The translations under genes were made by a program, and so were the position numbers. Positions 1 through 12,713 of a stretch of 64,000 nucleotides of DNA are shown here, in pieces. Origin of the DNA: the human T2T-CHM13v2.0 reference genome, Homo sapiens; assembly GCF_009914755.1 (NCBI RefSeq), contig NC_060948.1; one strand, written 5' to 3'. The stretch's first letter is position 1, and each line of letters begins with the position of its first letter. Under the pieces are notes generated by a model. That model had not been told where the DNA came from. It was given only the letters and a program-made list of their open reading frames with translations, and ran no database searches.

Positions 1-2067
1 AATGCAATCGACTGGCAGAGAATCAAGAGGAATGTAATCGAATGGAAAGGACTGGAATGCAATGGAATCGAATAGATTGGAAACGGAAAGCAAAGGAATG
101 GAATGGAATAGTATGGAATGGAATGGAAAGGAATGGAGTGGAATAGACTAGAGTGGAATGGAATGGACTCGAAAGCAATGGACTGGAATGGAACTTTCTT
201 GAATGGACTGGAATCAAACGGAATGGAATGCAATGCAATCAAATGGCATGGAATAAAATAGAATGAAAGAGAATCAAACGGAATTGAATCGAATGGAATC
301 GAATGGATTGGAAAGGAATAGAATGGAATGGAATGGAATTGACTCAAATGGAATGGACTAGAATGGAATGGATTCGAATGGAAGGCAAAGGAATGGAATC
401 TATTGGAATGGACTGTAATGGAATGGAATGTAAGGGATTGGAATGGACTCAAATGGAATGGACTGCAATAGAAAGGATTCGAATGGAATGAAAAAGAATT
501 GAATGGAATAAAACAGAATGGAATCAAATCGAATGAAATGGAATGGAATAGAAAGGAATGGAAAGGATTCGAATGGAATGCAATCGAATGGAATGCAATC
601 GAATGGAATGGAATCGAACGGAATGGAATAAAATGGAAGAAAACTGGCAAGAAATGGAATCGAAATGAATGGAGTGTTATGGAACGGACTCAAAAGGAAT
701 TGAATGTAATAGAATGGAGTGGAGTGGACTCGAATATAATGGACTGGAATGGAATGAAATCACATGGAATGGGAACGAATGGAATGGAATGGAAAGGAAT
801 GGAATCGAATGGAAAGGAATCGAATGGAAGGGAATGAAATTGAATCAACAGGAATGGAAGGGAGTAGAATAGACGGTAATGGAATGGACTCGAATAGAAT
901 GGACACGAATGCTCAAATTGAATGGACTCGAATGGAATGGAAACGAAAGGAATGTCATCGAATGGAATTGAATCGATTGGAATGAAATCACATAGAATGG
1001 AGTGGAATCAAATGGAATTGAATCGAAAGGAAAGGAAGCGAATGGACTGAAATGAAATGGAATGGAATTGAATGGAAATTAATGCAATGGAATAGAATGG
1101 AACGAAATTTCACGGAATGGAATCAAACTGAATGGAATCAAATCAATGGAATCTAATCAAATGGAATGGAAAGGAATTGAATGGAGTAGATTGGATTGGA
1201 TGGGATTGGAATGAAATGCACTGGAAAGGACTCGAATTTCATGAAACGGAATGGAATGAATTGGAACGGAATGGACTCGAATGGAATGGAATGTCACGGA
1301 ATGGCATCAAATGGAATGGCATCAAATGGAATGGAATAGAATGCAATGGAATGCTATGGAATGGAATGGAATGCATTGGAATGGAATGTCCTCTAATGGA
1401 ATGCATTCGAGTGGAATGGAATCGAATATAATGGAGTCGAATGAAATGGAATTGAAAGGAATGGGATCGAATACCATGTAATATACTGGAATGTAATGTA
1501 ATGAACTCGAATGTAATTGACTGGAATGGAATGTACATGAATGGAATGTAATCGAATGGAAAGTAATCCAATGGAATAGAATCTAATGCAATAAAATCGA
1601 CTCAAATATAATAGAATGTAATGGAATGGAGTGCATTGCAATGGAATGGAATGGAATGGAATGCAATGGAATGGAATGGAATGGAATGGAATGGAATGGA
1701 ATGGGATGGAATGGTATGGAATGGATAGTAATGGACTGGAGTGAAATGGACTGGAAAAGAATGGACTCAAATTGAAAGGGCTCGAAAGGAATGGAGTCAA
1801 ATGGAATGGTCTGGAATGGAATGAATACGAATGTAATGCAATCCAATAGAATGGAATCGAAAGTTATGGAATATAAAGAATTGGAATCGAAGAGAATGGA
1901 AACAAATGGAATGGAATTGAATGGAATGGAATTGAATGGAATGGGAACGAATGGAGTGAAATTGTATGCAGTAGAAGAGAATAGAATGGAATGCAAGCGA
2001 AAGGAAAGGAATGGATTGGAATGGAATGGAATTCATTGGAATGGAAGGGAATGTAGTGTAATGGACA
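1..2067 (+). repeat. Partial DYZ1 unit at left window edge; many private variants
   Basis: Same landmarks as later units, ending before GGCC at 2068. Confidence 0.9.
190..204. promoter_or_regulatory. Perfect 3-module heat shock element match (HSE-A, gGAAc-tTTCt-tGAAt); first of 18 homologous copies, broken at ~10831
   Basis: Matches nGAAn-nTTCn-nGAAn. Motif match only; binding not shown. Confidence 0.5.
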
Positions 2068-2442
2068 GGCCTGGAATAAAGTGGAATGCTACGGTCTCGA
2101 ATGGAATAAAAATGTATGGAATAGAATGCAATGAAACGGAATCGAATGTCATAGAATGTAATGGAATGCAAAAAATTGGAATCCAAAATCATTGACTGGA
2201 AAGGCTGGGTGTCGAAAGGAATTGCCTCCAATGGAATGGAATCGAATGGAATGGAAGTGAATAGAATGGAACTAAATCGAATGGAATGGAATTGATAGGA
2301 ACGGAATGGAAAGGAATGCAATGATTTGGCATGGAATGGAATCGAATGGCATCGAATGGAATGGAATGGAATGCAATTGAATGGAATGTATTAGAATGTA
2401 ATGAACTTTAATGTAATGTACTCGAATGGATTCGACTGGAAT

Positions 2443-2457
2443 GGAATGTTCTCGAAG
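2443..2457. promoter_or_regulatory. Perfect 3-module heat shock element match (HSE-B, gGAAt-gTTCt-[c/g]GAAg); first of 18 copies, all apparently intact
   Basis: Matches nGAAn-nTTCn-nGAAn. Motif match only. Confidence 0.5.
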
Positions 2458-2712
2458 TGAATGGACTCCAATGGAATGGATTCGAAAGGAATGGAATCTA
2501 ATGGAATGGAATTAAATGGAAATGAATCAAATTGAATAGAACGGAATTGAATGGAATGGAATCGAATGCAATGGAATCTAATGAAACGGAAAGGAAAGGA
2601 ATGGAATGGATTGGAATGGAATGTGCTGGAATTGAATGGAATCGAAACGAATGGAATGGAGTCGAACTGAAGAGACTGAAATGGAATGCACTGGAATGGA
2701 AGGGAGTGTAAT

Positions 2713-2727
2713 GGAAGGTTCTCGAAA
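2713..2727. promoter_or_regulatory. Perfect 3-module heat shock element match (HSE-C, gGAAg-gTTCt-cGAAa); first of 18 copies, broken at ~20441, ~23985, ~34672
   Basis: Matches nGAAn-nTTCn-nGAAn. Motif match only. Confidence 0.5.
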
Positions 2728-5611
2728 AAAATGGAATCGAAAGGAATGGAATTGAATGGAACGGAATAGAGTCGAATGGAATTCAATGGAATGGAATGGA
2801 CTAGAGTGAAATGGAATCGAACCACAAGGAATGGACAGGAACAGAATGGTCTCGAATTGAATGGAATCGTATGGAATGGCATCAAACGGAATGGAATGGA
2901 CAGCAACGGAATGGAATGCACTCGAATGCAATGGAGTCGACACTAATGGACTGGAATAGAATGGACTCGACTGGTACGGACTCCATTGAAATGGAATTGA
3001 ATGGAAGGGAATGGAACGGAATGGACTCGAAGGGAAAAGACTGCAATGGAAAGGTCTCGAATGGAATGGAAATTAATGGAATGGAATGGAATCGAATGAA
3101 ATGGAGTCAAAAGGAATGGAATCGAATGGCAAGAAATCGAATGTAATGGAATCGCAAGGAATTGATGTGAACGGAACGGAATCGAATGGAATCCAAAGGA
3201 ATGGAATAGAATGGAATGGAATCGAATGGAAAGGACTCGAATGGAAATCACTCGAATAGAATGCAATTTAATAAAATAGGATCAAATGTAATGGAATGGA
3301 ATGGAAAGGAATCGAAACGAAAGGAATGGAGACAGATGGAATGGAATGGAACAGAGAGCAATGGTATAGAATGGAATGGAATCATCTGGAATGGAATTGA
3401 ATGGAATGGAATAATATGAAATGGAATGGAATGGAATGGAATGCCCTTGAATTAAATGGACTGGAATGGAATGGACTCAAACAGAGTGGAATGGAAAGTG
3501 TTGAAATAGAATGGAATGGACTCGTTTGGAATGGTCTAGTATGCAATGCAATCGACTGGCAGGGAATCAAGAGGAATGTAATCGAATGGATTGGACTGGA
3601 ATGCAATGGACTCGAATAGATTGGAAACGGAATTCAAAGGAATGGAATGGAATAGTATGGAATGGAATGGAAAGGAATGGAGTGGAATAGACTAGAGTGG
3701 AATGGAATGGACTCGAAAGCAATGGACTGGAATGGAACTTTCTTGAATGGACTGGAATCAAACGGAATGGAATGCAATGCAATCAAATGGCATGGAATAA
3801 AATAGAATGAAAGAGAATCAAATGGAATTGAATCGAATGGAATCGAATGGATTGGAAAGGAATAGAATGGAATGGAATGGAATTGACTCAAATGGAATGG
3901 ACTAGAATGGAATGGATTCGAATGGAAGGCAAAGGAATGGAATCTATTGGAATGGACTGTAATGGAATGGAATGGAAGGGATTGGAATGGACTCGAATGG
4001 AATGGACTGCAATAGAAAGGATTCGAATGGAATGAAAAAGAATTGAATGGAATAGAACAGAATGGAATCAAATCGAATGAAATGGAATGGAATAGAAAGG
4101 AATGGAATGAAATGGAATGGAAAGGATTCGAATGGAATGCAATCGAATGGAATGGAATCGAACGGAATGGAATAAAATGGAAGAAAACTGGCAAGAAATG
4201 GAATCGAAATGAATGGAGTGTTATGGAACGGACTCAAAAGGAATTGAATGTAATAGAATGGAGTGGAGTGGACTCGAATATAATGGACTGGAATGGAATG
4301 AAATCACATGGAATGGGAACGAATGGAATGGAATGGAAAGGAATAGAATCGAATGGAAAGGAATCGAATGGAAGGGAATGAAATTGAATCAACAGGAATG
4401 GAAGGGAATAGAATAGACGGTAATGGAATGGACTCGAATAGAATGGACACGAATGCTCAAATTGAATGGACTCGAATGGAATGGAAACGAAAGGAATGTC
4501 ATCGAATGGAATTGAATCGATTGGAATGAAATCGCATAGAATGGAGTGGAATCAAATGGAATTGAATCGAAAGGAAAGGAAGCCAATGGACTGAAATGAA
4601 ATGGAATGGAATGGAATGGAAAGTAATGCAATGGAATAGAATGGAACGAAATTTCACGGAATGGAATGAAACTGAATGGAATCAAATCAATGGAATCTAA
4701 TCAAGTGGAATGGAAAGGAATTGAATGGAGTAGATTGGATTGGATGGGATTGGAATGAAATGTACTGGAAAGGACTCGAATTTCATGAAACGGAATGGAA
4801 TGAATTGGAACGGAATGGACTCGAATGGAATGGAATGTCATGGAATGGCATCAAATGGAATGGCATCAAATGGAATGGAATCGAATGCAATGGAATGCTA
4901 TGGAATGGAATGGAATGCATTGGAATGGAATGTTCTCTAATGGAATGGATTCGAGTGGAATGGAATCGAATATAATGGAGTCGAATGAAATGGAATTGAA
5001 AGGAATGGGATCGAATACAATGGAATATACTGGAATGTAATGTAATGAACTTGAATGTAATTGACTGGAATGGAATGTACATGAATGGAATGTAATCGAA
5101 TGGAAAGTAATCCAATGGAATAGAATCTAATGCAATAAAATCGACTCAGATAGAGTAGAATGTAATGGAATGGAGTGCAGTGCAATGGAATGGAATGGAA
5201 TGGAATGCAATGGAATGGAATGGAATGGAATGGAATGGAATGGAATGGAATGGAATGGTGTGGAATGGATACTAATGGACTGGAGTGAAATGGACTGGAA
5301 ATGAATGGACTCAAATTGAAAGGGCTCGAAAGGAATGGAGTCAAATGGAATGGTCTGGAATGGAATGAACACGAATGTAATGCAATCCAATAGAATGGAA
5401 TCGAATGGCATGGAATATAAAGAAATGGAATCGAAGAGAATGGAAATAAATGGAATGGAATTGAATGGAATGGAATTGAATGGAATGGGAACGAATGGAG
5501 TGAAATTGTATGCAGTAGAAGAGAATAGAATGGAATGCAAGCCAAAGGAAAGGAATGGATTGGAATGGAATGGAATTCATTGGAATGGAAGGGAATGTAG
5601 TGTAATGGACA

Positions 5612-8600
5612 GGCCTGGAATAAAGTGGAATGCTACGGTCTCGAATGGAATAAAAATGTATGGAATGGAATGCAATGAAACGGAATCGAATGTCATAGAA
5701 TGTAATGGAATGCAAAAAAATGGAATCCAAAATCATTGACTGGAAAGGCTGGATGTCGAAAGGAATTGACTCCAATGGAATGGAATCGAATGGAATGGAA
5801 GTGAATAGAATCGAACTAAATCGAATGGAATGGAATTGATAGGAACGGAATGGAAAGGAATGCAATGATTTGGCATGGAATGGAAACGAATGGTATCTAA
5901 TGGAATGGAATGGAATGTAATGGAATGGAATGTATTAGAATGTAATGAACTTTAATGGAATGTACTCGAATGGATTCGACTGGAATGGAATGTTCTGGAA
6001 GTGAATGGACTCCAATGGAATGGATTGAAACGGAATGGAATCGTACGGAATGGAATCTAATGGAATGGAATTAAATGGAAATGAATCAAATTGAATAGAA
6101 CGGAATTGAATTGAATGGAATGGAATGCAATGGAATCTAATGAAACGGAAAGGAAAGGAATGGAATGGAATGGAATGGGCTGGAATGGAAAGGAATCGAA
6201 ACGAATGGAATGGAATCGAACTGAAGAGACTGGAATGGAATGCACTGGAATGGAAGGGAGTGTAATGGAAGGTTCTCGAAAAAAATGGAATCGAATGGAA
6301 TGGAATTGAATGGAACGGAATAGAGTCGAATGGAATTGAATGGAATGGAATGGACTAGAGTGAAATGGAATCGAACCACAAGGAATGGACAGGAATAGAA
6401 TGGTCTCGAATTGAATGGAATCGTATGGAATGGCATCAAACGGAATGGAATGGACAGCCACGGAATGGAATGCACTCGAATGCAATGGAGTCGAAACTAA
6501 TGGATGGAATAGAATGGACTTGACTGGTACGGACTCCAATGGAATGGAATCGAATGGAAGGGAATCGAAAGGAATGGACTCGAAGGGAAAAGACTGCAAT
6601 GGAAAGGTCTCCAATGGAATGGAAATTAATGGAATGGAATGGAATCGAATGAAATGGAGTCAAAAGGAATGGAATCGAATGGCAAGAAATCGAATGTAAT
6701 GGAATCGCAAGGAATTGATGTGAACTGAACGGAATGGAATGGAATCCAAAGGAATGGAATAGAATGGAATGGAATCGAATGGAAAGGACTCGAATGGAAA
6801 TCACTCGAATAGAATGCAATTTAATAAAATAGGATTAAATGTAATGGAATGGAATGGAAAGGAATCGAAACGAAAGGAATGGAGACAGATGGAATGGAAT
6901 GGAACAGAGAGCAATGGTATAGAATGGAATGGAATCATCTGGAATGGAATTGAATGGAATGGAATAATATGAAATGGAATGGAATGGAATGGAATGGAAT
7001 GCCCTTGAATTAAATGGACTGGAATGGAATGGACTCGAACAGAGTGGAATGGAAAGTGTTGAGATAGAATGGAATGGACTCCTTCGGAATGGTGTAGTAT
7101 GCAATGCAATCGACTGGCAGGGAATCAAAAGGAATGTAATGGAATGGATTGGACTGGAATGCAATGGACTCGAATAGATTGGAAACGGAATGCAAAGGAA
7201 TGGAATGGAATAGTATGGAATGGAATGGAAAGGAATGGAGTGGAATAGACTAGAGTGGAATGGAATGGACTGGAAAGCAATGGACTGGAATGGAACTTTC
7301 TTGAATGGACTGGAATCAAACGGAATGGAATGCAATGCAATCAAATGGCATAGAATAAGATAGAATGAAAGAGAATCAAATGGAATTGAATGGAATGGAA
7401 TCAAATGGATTGGAAAGGAATAGAATGGAATGGAATGGAATTGACTCAAATGGAATGGACTAGAATGGAATGGATTCGAATGGAAGGCAAAGGAATGGAA
7501 TCTATTGGAATGTACTGTAATGGAATGCAATGGAAGGGATTGGAATGGACTCGAATGGAATGGACTGCAATAGAAAGGATTCGAATGGAATGAAAAAGAA
7601 TTGAATGGAATAGAACAGAATGGAATCAAATCGAATGAAATGGAATGGAATAGAAAGGAATGGAATGAAATGGAATGGAAAGGATTCGAATGGAATGCAA
7701 ACGAATGGAATGGAATCGAACGGAATCGAATAAAATGGAAGAAAACTGGCAAGAAATGGAATCGAAATGAATGGAGTGTTATGGAAGGGACTCAAAAGGA
7801 ATTGAATGTAATAGAATGGAGTGGAGTGGACTCGAATATAATGGACTGGAATGGAATGAAATCACATGGAATGGGAACGAATGGAATGGAATGGAAAGGA
7901 ATGGAATCGAATGGAAAGGAATCGATTGGAAGGGAATGAAATTGAACCAACAGGAATGGAAGGGATTAGAATAGACCGTAATGGAATGGACTCGAATAGA
8001 ATGGACACGAATGCTCAAATTGAATGGACTCGAATGGAATGGAAACGAAAGGAATGTCATCGAATGGAATTGAATCGATTGGAATGAAATCGCATAGAAT
8101 GGAGTGGAATCAAATGGAATTGAATCGAAAGGAAAGGAAGCGAATGGACTGAAATGAAATGGAATGGAATTGAATGGAAAGTAATGCAATGGAATAGAAT
8201 GGAACGAAATTTCACGGAATGGAATCAAACTGAATGGAATCAAATCAATGGAATCAAATCAAATGGAATGGAAAGGAATTGAATGGAGTAGATTGGATTG
8301 GATGGGATTGGAATGAAATGTACTGGAAAGGACTCGAATTTCATGAAACGGAATGGAATGAATTGGAACGGAATGGACTCGAATGGAATGGAATGTCATG
8401 GAATGGCATCAAATGGAATGGCATCAAATGGAATGGAATCGAATGCAATGGAATGCTATGGAATGGAATGGAATGCATTGGAATGGAATGTCCTCTAATG
8501 GAATGGATTCGAGTGGAATGGAATCGAATATAATGGAGTCGAATGAAATGGAATTGAAAAGAATGGGATCGAATACAATGGAATATACTGGAATGTAATG

Positions 8601-9159
8601 TAATGAACACGAATGTAATTGTCTGGAATGGAATGTATATGAATGGAATGTAATCGAATGGAAAGTAATCCAATGGAATAGAATCTAATGCAATAAAATC
8701 GACTCAGATAGAGTAGAATGTAATGGAATGGAGTGCAGTGCAATGGAATGGAATGGAATGGAATGCAATGGAATGGAATGGAATGGAATGGAATGGGATG
8801 GAATGGTATGGAATGGATAGTAATGGACTGGAGTGAAATGGACTGGAAAGGAATGGACTCAAATTGAAAGGGCTCGAAAGGAATGGAGACAAACGGAATG
8901 GTCTGGAATGGAATGAACACGAATGTAATGCAATCCAATAGAATGGAGTCGAATGGCATGGAATATAAAGAAATGGAATCGAAGAGAATAGAAACAAATG
9001 GAATGGAATTGAATGGAATGGAATTGAATGGAATGGGAACGAATGGAGTGAAATTGTATGCACTAGAAGAGAATAGAATGGAATGCAAGTGAAAGGAAAG
9101 GAATGGATTGGAATGGAAAGGAATTCATTGGAATGGAAGGGAATGTAGTGTAATGGACA
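5612..9159 (+). repeat. DYZ1 unit, 3548 bp (private 1-bp deletion near 6504)
   Basis: GGCC at 5612 and 9160; ACTAATGGATGG instead of ACTAATGGACTGG. Confidence 0.9.
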
Positions 9160-12100
9160 GGCCTGGAATAAAGTGGAATGCTACGGTCTCGAGTGGAATA
9201 AAAATGTATGGATTGGAATGCAATGAAACGGAATCGAATGTCATAGAATGTAATGGAATGCAAAAAAATGGAATCCAAAATCATTGACTGGAAAGGCTGG
9301 GTGTCGAAAGGAATTGACTCCAATGGAATGGAATCGAATGGAATGGAAGTGAATAGAATCGAACTAAATCGAATGGAATGGAATTGATAGGAACGGAATG
9401 GAAAGGAATGCAATGATTTGGCATGGAATGGAATCGAATGGCATCGAATGGAATGGAATGGAATGCAATGGAATGGAATGTATTAGAATGTAATGAACTT
9501 TAATGGAATGTACTCGAAAGGATTTGACTGGAATGGAATGTTCTGGAAGTGAATGGACTCCAATGGAATGGATTCGAAAGGAATGGAATCGTACGGAATG
9601 GAATCTAATGGAATGGAATTAAATGGAAATGAATCAAATTGAATAGCACGGAATTGAATTGAATGGAATGGAATGCAATGGAATCTAATGAAACGGAAAG
9701 GAAAGGAATGCAATGGAATGGAATGGGCTGGAATGGAAAGGAATCGAAACGAATGGAATGGAATCGAACTGAAGAGACTGGAATGGAATGCACTGGAATG
9801 GAAGGGAGTGTAATGGAATGTTCTCGAAAAAAATGGAATCGAATGGAATGGAATTGAGTGGAACGGAATAGAGTCGAATGGAATTGAATGGAATGGAATG
9901 GACTAGAGTGAAATGGAATCGAACCACAAGGAATGGACAGGAATAGAATGGTCTCGAATTGAATGGAATCGTATGGAATGGCATCAAACGGAATGGAATG
10001 GACAGCCACGGAATGGAATGCACTCGAATGCAATGGAGTCGAAACTAATGGACTGGAATAGAATGGACTCGACTGGTACGGACTCCAATGGAATGGAATC
10101 GAATGGAAGGGAATCGAACGGAATGGACTCGAAGGGAAAAGACTGCAATGGAACGGTCTCGAATGGAATGGAAATTAATGGAATGGAATGGAATCGAATG
10201 AAATGGAGTCAAAAGGAATGGAATCGAATGGCAAGAAATCGAATGTAATGGAATCGCAAGGAATTGATGTGAACGGAACGGAATGGAATGGAATCCAAAG
10301 GAATGGAATAGAATGGAATGGAATCGAATGGAAAGGACTCGAATGGAAATCACTCGAATAGAATGCAATTTAATAAAATAGGATCAAATGTAATGGAATG
10401 GAATGGAAAGGAATCGAAACGAAAGGAATGGAGACAGATGGAATGGAATGGAACAGATAGCAATGGTATACAATGGAATGGAATCATCTGGAATGGAATT
10501 GAATGGAATGGAATAATATGAAATGGAATGGAATGGAATGGAATGGAATGCCCTTGAATTAAATGGACTGGACTCGAACAGAGTGGAATGGAAAGTGTTG
10601 AGATAGAATGGAATGGACTCCTTTGGAATGGTCTAGTATGCAATGCAATCGACTGGCAGGGAATCAAAAGGAATGTAATGGAATTGATTGGACTGGAATG
10701 CAATGGACTCGAATAGATTGGAAACGGAATGCAAAGGAATGGAATGGAATAGTATGGAATGGAATGGAAAGGAATGGAGTGGAATAGACTAGAGTGGAAT
10801 GGAATGGACTGGAAAGCAATGGACTGGAATGAAACTTTCTTGAATGGACTGGAATCAAACGGAATGGAATGCAATGCAATCAAATTTCATGGAATAAGAT
10901 AGAATGAAAGAGAATCAAATGGAATTGAATCGAATGGAATCGAATGGATTGGAAAGGAAGAGAATGGAATGGAATGGAATTGACTCAAATGGAATGGACT
11001 AGAATGGAATGGATTCGAATGGAAGGCAAAGGAATGGAATCTATTGGAATGGACTGTAATGGAATGGAATGGAAGGGATTGGAATGGACTCGAATGGAAT
11101 GGACTGCAATAGAAAGGATTCGAATGGAATGAAAAAGAATTGAATGGAATAGAACAGAATGGAATCAAATCGAATGAAATGGAATGGAATAGAAAGGAAT
11201 GGAATGAAATGGAATGGAAAGGATTCGAATGGAATGGAATCGAATGGAATGGAATCGAACGGAATGGAATAAAATGGAAGAAAACTGGCAAGAAATGGAA
11301 TCGAAATGAATGGAGTGTTATGGAACGGACTCAAAAGGAATTGAATGTAATAGAATGGAGTGGAGTGGACTCGAATATAATGGACTGGAATGGAATGAAA
11401 TCACATGGAATGGGAACGAATGGAATGGAAAGGAATGGAATCGAATGTAAAGGAATCGAACGGAAGGGAATGAAATTGAATCAACAGGAATGGAAGGGAA
11501 TAGAATAGACTGTAATGGAATGGACACGAATAGAATGGACACGAATGCTCAAATTGAATGGACTCGAATGGAATGGAAAGGAAAGGAAAGTCATCGAATG
11601 GAATTGAATCGATTGGAATGAAATCGCATAGAATGGAGTGGAATCAAATGGAATTGAATCGAAAGGAAAGGAAGCGAATGGACTGAAATGAAATGGAATG
11701 GAATTGAATGGAAAGTAATGCAATGGAATAGAATGGAACGAAATTTCACGGAATGGAATCAAACTGAATGGAATCAAATCAATGGAATCTAATCAAATGG
11801 AATGGAAAGGAATTGAATGGAGTATATTGGATTGGATGGGATTGGAATGAAATGTACTGGAAAGGACTCGAATTTCATGAAACGGAATGGAATGAATTGG
11901 AACGGAATGGACTCGAATGGAATGGAATGACATGGAATGGCATCAAATGGAATGGCATCAAATGGAATGGAATCGAATACAATGGAATGCTATGGAATGG
12001 AATGGAATGCATTGGAATGGAATGTCCTCTAATGGAATGGATTCGAGTGGAATGGAATCGAATATAATGGAGTCGAATGAAATGGAATTGAAAGGAATGG

Positions 12101-12713
12101 GATCGAATAGAATGGAATATACTGGAATGTAATGTAATGAACTCGAATGTAATTGACTGGAATGGAATGTACATGAATGGAATGTAATCGAATGGAAAGT
12201 AATCCAATGGAATAGAATCTAATGCAATAAAATCGACTCAGATAGAGTAGAATGTAATGGAATGGAGTGCAGTGCAATGGAATGGAATGGAATGGAATGC
12301 AATGGAATGGAATGGAATGGAATGGAATGGAATGGAATGGGATGGAATGGGATGGAATGGTATGGAATGGATAGTAATGGACTGGAGTGAAATGGACTGG
12401 AAAGGAATGGACTCAAATTGAAAGGGCTCGAAAGGAATGGAGACAAATGAAATGGTCTGGAATGGAATGAACACGAATGTAATGCAATCCAATAGAATGG
12501 AGTCGAATGGCATGGAATATAAAGAAATGGAATCGAAGAGAATGGAAACAAATGGAATGGAATTGAATGGAATGGAATTGAATGGAATGGGAACGAATGG
12601 AGTGAAATTGTATGCAGTAGAAGAGAATAGAATGGAATTCAAGCGAAAGGAAAGGAATGGATTGGAATGGAATAGAATTCATTGGAATGGAAGGGAATGT
12701 AGTGTAATGGACA
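9160..12713 (+). repeat. DYZ1 unit, 3554 bp
   Basis: GGCC at 9160 and 12714. Confidence 0.9.

Larger units (their letters stand above)
2068..5611 (+). repeat. DYZ1 unit, HaeIII-anchored, 3544 bp
   Basis: GGCC at 2068 and 5612. Confidence 0.9.

Noticed and set aside
1149-1159. GAATCTAATCA, one mismatch from the DUX4 consensus TAATCTAATCA
   Set aside because: The mismatch is in the TAAT core and the site is absent (TCAAATC) from many units; too weak to call.
252-3275. Several AATAAA hexamers per unit (e.g. ~252, ~1590, ~2075, ~3270) as poly(A) signals
   Set aside because: Readily generated from GAAT+AAA variants; no downstream GU-rich context or transcript evidence in the sequence.
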